Source: Lepidodermella squamata (taxonomy: Eukaryota > Animalia > Gastrotricha). From it: a stretch of DNA of 64,000 bases. Below the pieces are notes generated by a model that made no database searches, had not been told where the DNA came from, and was given only the letters and a program-made list of their open reading frames with translations. The translations under genes were made by a program, and so were the position numbers. Location: contig JBLDXI010000009.1 of the NCBI GenBank assembly GCA_047495785.1, positions 4,650,001 to 4,714,000 on the forward strand, in the 5' to 3' direction. Below, one piece after another: positions 12,252 through 24,700 of the stretch; positions within the stretch are counted from its first letter, which is position 1; each line of letters opens with the position of its first letter.

Positions 12252-14410
12252 ACAAATTGTTTGTACATATTCTGCGTTCTGGAGGAAAACTGATGTAATC
12301 AAAAGTCAAAAGTGAATATAGGTTTTTCTTTTTTCCTGCTTAAGTAATCTCCGGATTCTTCGTGATTCATAGGAAATCCAATCGTCGTGCATGAATATTC
12401 ACATCTGATAGTATGTGAACCTATGGACGACTGTGTCTGTATCCTGTTTGCAGTGGGTAATCTGATAGCTGAGTAGGCTGAAACTATAAGGTCGTGTTAT
12501 CGTGGACTCGTCTTGGAATCACTACAGAATAAAGTTTATAAAGCTTGCAACAAAAATACTGATTTTACTTGGAGTTTGGTTGTTTTCATCTTCGATTTGT
12601 TTCGGATTTCCATCAAATTTTATTTTATTCAACTTCAATTCTCACTCTCTGCTCGTACTGTTTCCGCAAGTTTCAAATTAGGATTATGAGCAGGAAATAC
12701 CCTTGAGAGTAGTTGGGAGCGAGTTCAAGAGACTCGACTGTTCATAATTCAAAATCGATTTCATGGTAGCGCGCATAATGCTTGTATAATGAATGATTCG
12801 GAGCGAATTGAGCATTTCGGCTCAGCACTTGAGGCGTAGAAATGCCTAGAAACCCCTTAAGATTTCACGGGAAAAGTGAAACGGCTAGGATATTCTGAAA
12901 CAAAAGGCCCATGAATCTATAACTTTACATTGGTACTATTCAAAAAAGCTGTCCTTGATACTCACACGGCCCCCAGGACACACGAGGTCGCTCAATCCAG
13001 GCTCAGTGCCAATACTGGCATGACAATTTTCTTTAAAATAATTTTGTTACACAAATCCGTCATGGATAATGGCTAATTATAGGCGGTATCTTGGAAAATA
13101 AGTAATATTTTGAGTTTGCTCATCATGTTTTTCTGAAGGCAATTATCTCGTCCCGCCAGCTCACAATCACGTGTCCCTTCGATCGAGCGTCGGGGAGATA
13201 AATCGATATGGGCTGGGAGGTAATTACGAGCTCGCCATTATAGTCACTAGCTCAATAGACGTGACCTGCCGCACCACGTGATGATTATTCTTGAGACGCA
13301 ATTAGAGCTACTGCAGCCTTCATTCATCGCCAGATTAGCCAATGCAACGGACCAGAGCATAACTGGGACATTCACTTATTACAATTGAATTCTACGATGT
13401 GGTGGACAATTTACATCTCGACAATATTCTTGATTTGGCGCTTGTAAAAGTTGGACTGTTTAGCTAAATAATTAATTGTTATAATTGAGTGCGCCTACGC
13501 CATTATACTTGCGATTAGGACTTCAATTTCGGTTGATTGCTGCAGATGCAATAATTTCAACATCTAGGTTTTGTATTTCAGAAATGTAAGCAGAGTTCTC
13601 AATCGATAATTAGCCAGTACGCTTTGTTAGATTTTATGAGCTGTTTCCGCTTCTCGCTGTTTTTCGTGTAATGAGTCCCACTTTTTGCGACGTCGATTGG
13701 CATTTTTTATGCGCACTAAAACCACTACACGAGGGCAAGGCCATGTATTTTATTGCAGCGAAAATAACAGAAGATGTACCTCATTTATAAACGGCAACAC
13801 TCGCTGATATTAGTTCTGCGTCATATCAATTCTTGGCCTGTTTGTCCCGCATTTAATTTTCAGTCGCCTCTCAAAAGCAACCGGCTTTTCAGAATTAATG
13901 GGATTCGCAATATCTTGAATTTGATACCGCTAGGCTCTTGCAATTATATGGATTTCGAAATGCCGTTTTTTTCGTATCAATTACAATCTGTGGGCGCCGC
14001 AGACTAGGCGAAAATTTGTCTTCTTGAACTATAAGACATTGAAAACGAACGGAAGCAGCACGCGAAGTAGGATCCACAAGTCAGAGCATTTTAGGTCCTG
14101 GATTCATCAGATCAAAAGGTCCCCAAGGGTGTTTTCTTTTCTTTTCTGGAACTCTCTAGCTGGGGGCACGAGAAGTACTGTAACCCGTCTGCGAGGGAAC
14201 GGGGTGACTCGTATCCCATGGGATCCTCAAATTTGAAAAACCATAAGGAATACGTTTTCAAAATGTTGGCTGGGAAAATGCTGTCTGCCACCCCTTTGGA
14301 GCTAGGCCTGATCACTGACCGTAACTATTTTTACTGAATGCATAGCAGTAAGATTTAATATCTGTGGTTGAATCCTGCCATGTCATTTTAGAAGTTTTTT
14401 ATAATAAGCT

Positions 14411-16256
14411 ATGAATATTTACCTGTTAACAAGTGTTCTCGCCATGGCTAGTCGAACTGCAGCTGATACAAATGATACAAACTCAACTAGTCTGCATATT
14501 GCCAGCACAGAACCTTCAGCTTCAACTATTGCACCTACTGAGAAGACGACCATTACAGAAGGTAATCAATCTACACTAAGGAATAATCTAAAACTTAACA
14601 ACAACTTGATTAGCTAAAACAACAGCAACGATTCCTACGCCGCCAGCTCCACAAGAACCACTTTTCTTTGAAGGCAACGCGGAAACAAAGCTTATCGAAA
14701 AGCTTATGAACAACTATCGAGGTTACGGCTTGACACGACCGGTGAAAGACATAAAAAACGCTATGGATGTTACATTTAAAATGTCAATCGACCAATTTTC
14801 TGAGCTTGACGAACACACGGGTTTCGCTAGGATTGTCGCGACCGTTACCGCTGGTTGGCAAGACGAATTCTTAAGATGGAACCACACGGATGAATTCTCA
14901 CATATTGAAACGTTGCTGCTTCGTGGCAAGGAGATTTTCAAGCCTGTCATCATTCCGGTAGGGAGTAATGGCGATCGAGCTCCAATTTTCCACACGAATG
15001 GACAATCTCAAGATGCAGCTGGTATGTCGGGTGATTCGTCGCTGATATGGACTGAAAGTTCTGGTCACGTAATCGCAAGTGCTACTGAGTCCTTCGACAC
15101 AACTTGCAGATTGAATGTAGCAAACTTCCCGTTCGATCAACAAGTTTGCGAGTTTTACTTCAAAGTACTGCAATTCCGTAATCCAAGGATTCGCCTAAAA
15201 TTGGATAGCAATGATCTGGCCATTCATCGAGCTCAGAAGGTTGGCGTAAGGAAGCAGGGCGACTCAAGATGGAAGTCAAACCCCATGTGGGATATAGCCG
15301 ATGTTGAGGCCGAAGAGCGTTTGATCGAAGGCAGCACTGGTTCAGGGTCTTCCGGGGCTCGATTCAGTGCCGTGGTGTACCGAATCGTTATCCAACGAAA
15401 ATCAAGCTATTACATGTGGAATATCATACTACCAACAGCTTCTATGGCCGCTATTCAAGCCAGCGTGTTTTTCTTACCCGTTTCACCTGAGCGGGTTATG
15501 TTTTCAGTGACAGCAGTTCTAGCAGTCGACATTTTCCAATCTTCGCTGACAACCAAGATTCACACTTCATCAGAGCCGTTGCCTTTGATCAAATACTCAA
15601 CGGCTCAGTTGATTTTTGGAATCATAATTACAATCGAATCAATCTTTGTCTTATCGATCATCATTCGAAGCGAACCTTTGCCTAGATGGATTGTTTGGAT
15701 GATGTTTGGCACATGGAGGGAGAATGTGAAACTCAAGGTCCGTGAATCGTTTCGAAGATCTTTCAGACGGGACAGTTACCACGGCCCTGAACAGAAAGAT
15801 TTCCGATCTCTCGCCGCGAAAAGAGGATCGGGAATCGATCCATCTAACATCAGCAGCCCTATCCTAGTCCCGCGGCCTGTCGACAACAGTGTTAAGAGCT
15901 GCCGGATGATTCGAACCCATCTTTTCCCAGGCATCAACTACGGCGGGGATGACTCAATGCTAGAAGAAGCGCAAGAGCAGGAGATCTCTTCAATGAAGAA
16001 AGCAAACGGAAATAAAGGCGGTGAAAATATGCCGGCGGTAACTTACGATGGTTATGTTACTACTCAAATTACCGGCAACGGAAGTGCGGATGAAGCTGCG
16101 AAGCAGCAAAGTGCGGCTAGCCAAAGGAAGTCCTCGAAGAACATTATTGCGATGCAGCGGAAGCATCTTGTCAAAATAATCGATCATTTTTTCCTATTTT
16201 TCGTCGGCACCTTTTTCATGCTATCCCCGGTTATTTTTTTCAAGCTTTCAGCTTGA
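14411..16256 (+). CDS. Cys-loop channel subunit, family A, copy A3 (Thr/Ser-rich N-terminal extension)
   Basis: Exon 14411-14561, intron 14562-14613, exon 14614-16256. Cys-loop CRLNVANFPFDQQVC; four TMs; C-terminus SPVIFFKLSA. Confidence 0.93.
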
Positions 16257-18542
16257 TTTGCCCGATTATTTCTCTCTATGAAATTTCTGGTTATATTTTG
16301 TACTTGAGGGTCACAGTTTGCTGGGTGAAAATTGCTTCTTCACGCAAACACGTTTAGCCTTCATTGTTTTTACCGAGTTTAATTTTCGGCGTAACAAATC
16401 ACTTGTCTCATATCTTTTATGCAAAATAAAAGCAACAACATCGAATGACTTTTTTGGGACTTTGTCGATAACTAGGAACTAGGACGTAGCATTCGCAATT
16501 GAATTATAAGATTCGAGGTCTTATTGACTGGTAACTCTAAGACTCAGGAGAATATTGTTTATTGTCTGTAATTGGCTCACCCATTATAGACTATTTAGAT
16601 ATCAGCCTACAGAGTGGTTGTATTGACTATTGACTATAGCAGTCTAATTGAGTTATCTCTCAATTTCCTCGATTTTTTTCAGCAGACTATGCAGAATCTC
16701 TAAACTGTCCTGAAGAAAGCCCACAAGCGACTCGAAAGAGCGCTTATTCGGGACACATGGCCTCGGCCCGTCATATTCGTCGAATGGGACGTCTCAAACA
16801 AGGAATTTTCGTATGCGGAATCGTTTGCTTTTCCAAAATACTCCATTTAATTTTGTTATGCGCCGTCTTCCGGCTTTTCAGCCAATTTGAAAACCGTCTG
16901 GCTGGATATCTAATAATTCCTGCAGGCTGGCTTTTAAATGGGACACATTTTGCGAAAACTGCGTGGGCATCAATTTGCTTCTTCTATTTCAAGAAACCTT
17001 TAATTCCTGGAATCGGAATCAGGCCATTATTTCCGTTACTTGCAGGTTTTTTTCGAGATGATGTATGATATAACCATGTGGGCACTCACTGGACGTAGGG
17101 TCATAATCCACCCAAGGGCCTTACTAAGAATCGCGTAATCGTGAACAAAGCATAATTATTGAAGTCATCGCAATAACCGACGTTGTTAATGTCTTCAATA
17201 AGCTTCGCTGTTTGTTATATCGAAATGAAATTCACACCTCGTCAACATCGTATACTGCAGGATATTTCGCATTCAATCAGGCAAGATAGAAGCAAACGTT
17301 TTCCTTCTTGGTGAAATTGCACCCCAACTCACACGGAGCTTTTGATGTTATCAAGTAAGTGCTATTCATACCTCAAATCACCTGAACGATTCCAGTCTCC
17401 CGCGAAATTCGGATTTACAAGCCGAAATTTCAATTTCATAGTAGTCGGGAATAGCTATTTTCGCCGCCGCGTAACGGACAAATTGCTCGTGTCTTGGCAA
17501 TGCAAACGGGTGTTTGTTTTGGTTTTTCATGGCATAAATCACGCATGAAATATTTAATTTAAATATTTCCGCTCCGCTTGGCGCAGTTATGAATAGCTGG
17601 AGATGTGTTTAAAATTAGGACGAAAGAGGGGCGCTTCTTATGAATCGAGGATTAGAGACACAAAGAAAGGATTCGAAATTCGCGGCGTGAATATATACAA
17701 ATTCAGAAGCGCACGGAAACCGAGCAAAACTATGTGCCATGTTAAACACAAAAATGGTCCGATTTCAGGGGATGCATAATTTATTATTACAAGGAATTCT
17801 CGGAACTAGGACTCGGTCCCTAATTAACATATGCACACATAAATTATGACTGAAATTCTGGAGCTTTCAATTCAATAATTCATCCTCTAATTGCATACCT
17901 CTTAATTCGGGGGATGCTTAATTAGCATTGTATGGATTCATAGCTCTGAAAAACAGCACTTTACAATCCCCTGATTTTAGGGCCTACCTCTGAATTCAGG
18001 TGGAGCAACCCCTGATTTCGAACCACATTTTTTCCCAAGTATTCCCACCCCTTTTACTGACGGAATAGATGTAGATGCTTTGAAAGCTTTCGTCATTAAT
18101 TTGCGGGAGAAATGTGTACATTTATCCCATCAATCACGCTTGCGGGAAAATAAATTAGACTAATTGATTTTTCCGCCCCACCCAACAAAATAAATACACT
18201 TAAGCCCGTTTCAAGCGAACACTCACCAAATTAATGCCACGTTTATCCACCTCACTGGCGCGGCGTGATGGAAAACTAGAAACGAGGTAGTGTCCTTTTT
18301 CAGCCAGGACAGAAATGAACGTGCTCAACTGAGTGCAGCAATTGTCTTTATCCATGTCATTTGGCATATTGTTATATCCAATGATCAGCGTTTATAGCCT
18401 TTAAATTATAGCTTATGGTTTAAAATATGATAGGTTACGTTGAAATTTGACCCTAGAGAAACACTTATCCCCACCTACTACGTGATTTTATAAGAGAAGC
18501 TAAACAAACGGCCAACTAATCATTTCCTAGGTTTTAAGCGAC

Positions 18543-20291
18543 ATGCTCTCAGAAATATTCGCAATAGCAATTCAACTGACGTACATCGCAGCCAATTCCC
18601 TCTCACTCTTCGAAGGTTTGCTTGACACTTCATCTTACGACCCCGAATCTAATTTTCTACAACCAGGGAATGAGGAGACGAGGCTCATTGAAATGCTGAT
18701 CAAGAATTATCGAGGTTTCGGGCTAACCCGGCCAATGAAAGACATTCGAAACTCAATGGATGTCAATTTCCAAATGGCAATCGACCAATTTTCCGAGCTG
18801 GATGAACACACAGGTTACGCCAGGATCGTTGCTACGGTTTCAGCGGAGTGGCAAGACGAATTCTTGAGATGGAACGATTCAGAGGAATTTCACCACATCG
18901 AGACACTTCTGTTGCGCGGTAAAGAGGTCTTCAAACCTGTAATTATACCAGTCGGAAGCCACGGTGATAGATCGCCAATTTTTCATGCTTCCCAAGGCTC
19001 TGCTGGGCCATCTGGAGATTCCGCCTTGATTTGGACTGAAAGTACTGGAAGAGTTCACGCTACAGCGACTGAATCTTTCGACACAACCTGTAAAATGGAC
19101 GTCGCCGATTTCCCTTTCGATCAACAAAGCTGCGAGTTTTACTTCAAAGTACTGCAATTCCGCAACCCTAGAATACGCCTTAGGCTAGATAACTATCACT
19201 TGGCAAAACTTCGCCAAGCTAAGGAGAGGAAATCTGCGTGGATGTCGAATCCGATGTGGAGGATTTCCAACGTTGATGCCGAAGAGCGGATTTTGGGCTC
19301 ATCGGAGAACGTTAGCTCGGCGAGATTCAGCGCTGTTGTCTATCGAATCAACATTCAACGTAAATCCGGTTACTACATGTGGAATATCATTCTACCAACA
19401 GCTTCGATGGCTGCAATTCAAGCCAGTGTTTTCTTCCTACCGATCTCACCCGAGCGAGTCATGTTTTCAGTTACAGCCGTTTTAGCAGTCGATATCTTCC
19501 AGTCATCGCTAACAACGAAAATCCACACCAATTCAGAGCCTCTTCCTCTAATTAAGTACTCAACGGCTCAATTGATGATGGGTATTATCATAACGATTGA
19601 ATCGATTCTTGTCCTGTCTATCATTGTCAAAACCGATCCATTACCCAGGTAGGCGTCTCAAGTCATGTCGGATTTCAGAAACCTTTTCATTCTGATTAAT
19701 TTCCCCCACAGATGGATAGTTGCAGTCACGCGGGGTAATATTAAGTTCCTGTTTGAGAAGCAAGAAGGCGAGGATATTGAAACGGCGACGACATCCCCCG
19801 GTGATTCGCAATCATCGAAAACGAGCGGGACAAAGGATATCGGCGTTCAGGCAAAGTTGGGAATCGAAAGGTCAAATAGCTCTACACGAAACTTGCCTGT
19901 TCCCCAGGCCAATCTACCGAGCTGCAGACTGATAAGAGCATCAGTCTTCGCTGGGATGATCTACGGCGGCGGAGGGGAAGATGATGGAAATAACAGCGAA
20001 GTGGATTTAACCTTTGAACCCGACGCGAACTCAGAAATTCCAAAGTCTAACCACAGCTCGATGCGAAGGGGCGGGGCCCACAATAGCAGCGTTGTTTATA
20101 AGCCTCAAGCTTCTCGAGAAACATACAACAAGTTCGTGAAGCGACGTTCAACGGCACGCTCTACGATATTGGCTGATGTGGTACTGACGCAGCGCCAAGA
20201 GCTTGCTCGTTTTGTTGACAGATGTTTCCTCATAACAATATGCTTCTTTTTCGTCTTTTCCCCGGTGATTTTTTTCAAATTGTCAGCTTAA
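18543..20291 (+). CDS. Cys-loop channel subunit, family A, copy A4
   Basis: Probable in-frame intron 18616-18666; intron 19649-19711 after M3 joins ORFs 18543-19652 and 19665-20291. Cys-loop CKMDVADFPFDQQSC; closest to A3 in sequence. Confidence 0.93.
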
Positions 20292-21013
20292 TGCTGTTCA
20301 CTATGAGCGGTTTTATTGAAATTAATTCTTCCTCATTAAAAATCACGGTAACCAATGCGAAAATATGACTGCATTCTTTTGATATTGCTTGTGTAAGAGT
20401 TACAAGAAAATTTGCCCCAGAGTAAGCCTAATTCCTAAACCTCACGTATGTAACCACATGACATAATTAGCTAGGAAAACGAATGAAATACAGTATATTA
20501 CATGTTATATATCGGTTGTACTTTCTGTCCAAATCGTGCTGAGGTGGCTCCATACATTCTTTACTTAGCATGGGCTGCGACGGAAGGTTCTGTTCATATC
20601 ATCATAACATCACGGTTTATGACGCATCGTCCAGACAGAAGACAGAATCACGTTTGAGGTTTTTTTCCCGAATATCCGATTTCTATCTGGACACTCCCAA
20701 CGTCGAAGTACATGGCAGAGTTTGCTTATATTCCACACGGCGACCTACGCTGATTTCCTGCTAACATAAATAGTTACAAAAGTAATGCGAAAAATGTGGC
20801 AAATCTCGTGAATTTTCGTGATATTATACAACATCCGGGTGGATATCATGGGTGTATAGCAATATGGAATATCGGCCTGAAGGACGAATTATAATTAATA
20901 TTATAAAATAAAATAAAATAAAATTTGAGCTTTGTCGCGATTAGGTGCTGGATTGTCTTCTTCAGCAATTCTTCTTCAGCAATTCAAAGCGGTGTTTTAA
21001 AGTTTCGGAATGC

Positions 21014-21432
21014 CTATTCGTACATAGTATGTACGCGAAAATTGCTATTCGTACATAGTTTCGACATGCTTTTTTCTAAGATAAACGACTTGCTCAATAA
21101 TCGTCCCATCGATCTAATTTTGTGTGCGCTGATAGCTGATCATCAGGCCTATCTCCCCTCAAAAAATCACCGTTGAACCCCCTAAGGTAGAGTTTAGTGT
21201 CGCAAAATGGCATTATTTGAATTGTTTTTACGACCCTAGCTTTGGAAGACTTTGGAAGATAATATGACGAAATTTGACCACTGGATAGGCCTCACTTTGC
21301 TGCATTTCCCTGTGAAATTCCATGTTATCATCGTCAAATCTCGAATTTCCAAACCCATTTGAATAACTCTGAAAAATCGCGAAAAACTATGTACGAATAG
21401 CAATTTTCGCGTACATAGTTATGTGCGAATAG
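21014..21432. mobile_element. MITE-like element with ~47-bp terminal inverted repeats
   Basis: CTATTCGTACATAGTATGTACGCGAAAATTGCTATTCGTACATAGTT at 21014-21060 recurs inverted with about 3 differences at ~21386-21432; non-coding interior; no clear target-site duplication. Confidence 0.65.
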
Positions 21433-21786
21433 CTTGACCATTAAAGTTTTAACTTTGTGAACGTTTTCTAAACCGGACTCGATCGAGTCGCGCCGGACAA
21501 AATTCCCTGTGAAACATGGGCAATTTTAGACGACATACGACATCCGGCATACGCGACGTCTGGCTTTGCCCAGTACATACGAGGCAACTTTCACCTTTCA
21601 CGTTTTCACGTGGGCCGTACCGCTTCCGCGGTAAAACCAATATTTTCGACAAAAGACACGTAGGTACTTCCCGTTCGACGAACCGATAACAGATATGCGA
21701 CTCATGTTTCAAAGTTTCAAAAAGCCTCGGATTATGCTGAACTTGTCAAGGGTATGCAAACGTGACTTTCCACGCTCAAGACATAA

Positions 21787-24700
21787 CTAGCAAAGTATCA
21801 GGCGGCCGCTATAGCGGCCGCCATTGTATCAACATATGCTTAAATAAAAGATCGTCTTTATTTCTCATATATCATTGATATTGTTGGTTTGACAGGTTAT
21901 ATTCAGTTGCAGTTAATTCACAGTAATTTTCTAATGTCAAATGTTGATTATCGCAGCGATAGAAGCTAAGAAGGTCACCATTTGCTGTCGGGGTGGTCTA
22001 AAACGAAACAGTAAACATAGGGGTAACAATGATATCAATTAATTTACCTGTTGATAGATGTATACGTTGTTGTCAAGCATGACTATTACTGGAAACCACA
22101 CATTTAAAAATTTTCTAAATGGAGTAAAGGCATAGTCAATTTTTTGCGAAGGAACAGTAATCAGTTCAAAATTTTTTTGAATACAACGTTTCTCATGTAG
22201 AAACGTTTTGTTTGGGGGCATTTAGGGACACATAAAAAAATTTCACGACTATCTTTGGCGCGGCTCAGTGCAACGTATGCCATGCCATGACAGAAGACTC
22301 CTTCAGGTAGGAATAAACCTACGCCATCGAGTGACTGCCCCTGGCTTTTATTAATGGACAAAGCCCAGGCCAGTTTAACGGGAAATTGCCGCCGGCGCAT
22401 TGCGATTATCTCGCTCGAGTCGTCAGTTGTTAATGCAATGCGGGGTATGAAGACTTCTTTGCCACAAAACGACCCTGCAGTAACGATGCGGCATTGTAAA
22501 GTGTTGGGATGCAAGCCGGTCACTTCTAATCTCGTTCCGTTGCACAGGCCACCTGATGGGTTCAAATTCCGTAGTAAGATGATAATTGCACCCATTTTTA
22601 AGGTAAGGTTGTGCTGAGGTAGAGAAGATGGATTCAAGGAGTTTAAAAATTCGAGAGGAAAAGCAGCTACTCGCGCTGGGTCGTCGACGCTGTCGTAGCT
22701 CAAGTAGACGATAGGATTCCCAGGTATGCGTGAAAGTATTTTGCTGTTGACATAATCAACCTCGACATTTTTAGCAGCAAGCAAACAGCGGTTGTAGCAC
22801 TTGCTGGCGTTGTAGTGTTTTAAATTACCGAAAAGCTGAAATATTAAATCATCCAATTTGTCGACACATTTTAAATAATGTGGGACGTAAAAGCTATCCG
22901 CTGTGGGACCTCGTTCAACTGGTAAGTCGCCTTCGTTGTAGCGAGCTTCACCGATCCGTAGCAGGTCCTCGCTGAATCCTGGATCGCCGCCTTGCAGACG
23001 CATGTTAACAGATAGATGGTACTGCTTAACATGCTGCCACAAACTGGAAGATTTGAGGCACGCTTTCCAGTAATCAGATTCACCCAACGCTCGTTTCACA
23101 ACAGTTGTACATTGCCGGAAATCGCCACCCAATAAGACAACTACAAAAGAGATATTTCGAATTTGATGTCATCAAATAATTCGGAATCTTACCTTTACCG
23201 CCAAATGGTTTATTAGATTGACAAATATCGCGAAGGGTGAAGTCGAGTGCCTCAAATGCGTAACGGTGTAGCATTGGCGCCTCATCAATTAGAATCAACG
23301 CTGATTCTTTCAGAAGAGCACATAGGTTACTGTTTTTGGAGATTGAGCATTTAGATGATTCGTTCAAATTTATAGGAATTGCGAATCTAGAATGGGCTGT
23401 TCGACCGCCTTGAAGTAGTAATGCAGCAATACCGCTGGAAGCTGTAGCCAAACAAATTTTTGATTCGCTTCGTAACTTCGCCAATATTGTTGAGTAGGTG
23501 AATGTCTTTCCAGACCCACCTGGCCCATCCAAAAAGTAAACACCTCCTTCGTTGTTGTTAACAGCGTGTACAATTGCGTCGTAGAGTGAGCGTTGACATT
23601 CGTTTAACAACGGCTTGTTAATTTCGATTGTACGTCGGAGAGATTCCAAATCGTAACTTTTTTCTTCGATGAGCAAGCGATTGCTATTCGAAATGACAGG
23701 CGGCAGTTGAAATTGGGCCAAACTTTGGCCATGTTGAGCAAGCAGATCAGACAAATGTAGTAAACCCTTTTCGTAAATGGCGTCAGAATAGCCGGTGTTA
23801 GGGTTGATAATTTTCGCCGCATGTAGAAAATCGGAGCATAGATCATCACGAAATCGCATCCAAATTTCGAAAGGCTCAGCTGGTTGACCATGTAATAAAA
23901 GGTAGGAGAAGAATTCACGGCATGATTTCGGCGACGCATGTGAGATCACCTCTTCCATCGACGCGATATTCTGTAAATCATCTTCGAGCAATCCCATCAA
24001 GGAACATGCACGTTGAAAAGTTTCGCATACAACACCTCCAACGGTTTTCAGGTCATCAAATGATGTGGCACCGGCTTTATGTAGTAGAAGGAGGCGTAGG
24101 TAGTACAGCTCACCAGACCTAGGACTGACGTGGTACATTCTACCAACCGGATCTAAACCGAACGGAGGGGCGGTAAGACGTGGTTTCCATTCCAACAGTT
24201 TTTCATTGAATGTGAAACTTTCCGGGAAGTGATGGTATTTTACGTGCCTCCCATCTTCATTAGCGGCGTTATATCGAAACCAAGCATTTAAGGTGGACTT
24301 CGATTTCAATTTCTGTAGATCAGGTAGCTTGTCTTGATTGAAATAAACAGGCTCTTCCTGAGGTAAGTGTACAGCTAATCTCGTAACAGATGGCCAGTTG
24401 TCATGCATTGGAAAGGAGAAAGTTCGATAAGCAGCTTCCATTGCAGAAACTGAACGGGCGTCCACGAATTCTTTGATTTCGTCAATTATCCCACCTTCGG
24501 CTAAAGCTACCAACTGCCGATCCTGACCTGCGATTAAATACAAAACTTTGTTTTAAAATTAAATATTTAAAAAGCAGTATCTAACCTTTATGGATGTATT
24601 TGTAAATGTACTTGATCGCCTTAACAGTGGTACAAATTTCCACATTGATATGGCAGTTGAATCTTGATAGTAGCCACGGGTTGTAAGGTACGACCCATCG

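Noticed and set aside
12300-14400. Short ORFs here and in similar spacers (16.3-18.5, 37.0-38.0, 61.7-63.7 kb)
   Set aside because: No motifs, splice support or paralog similarity; treated as intergenic. No tRNA or rRNA structure recognised.
17766-18014. CAGGGGATGC..GCAACCCCTG as hAT-like ends
   Set aside because: Only a 9/10 match and no target-site duplication.
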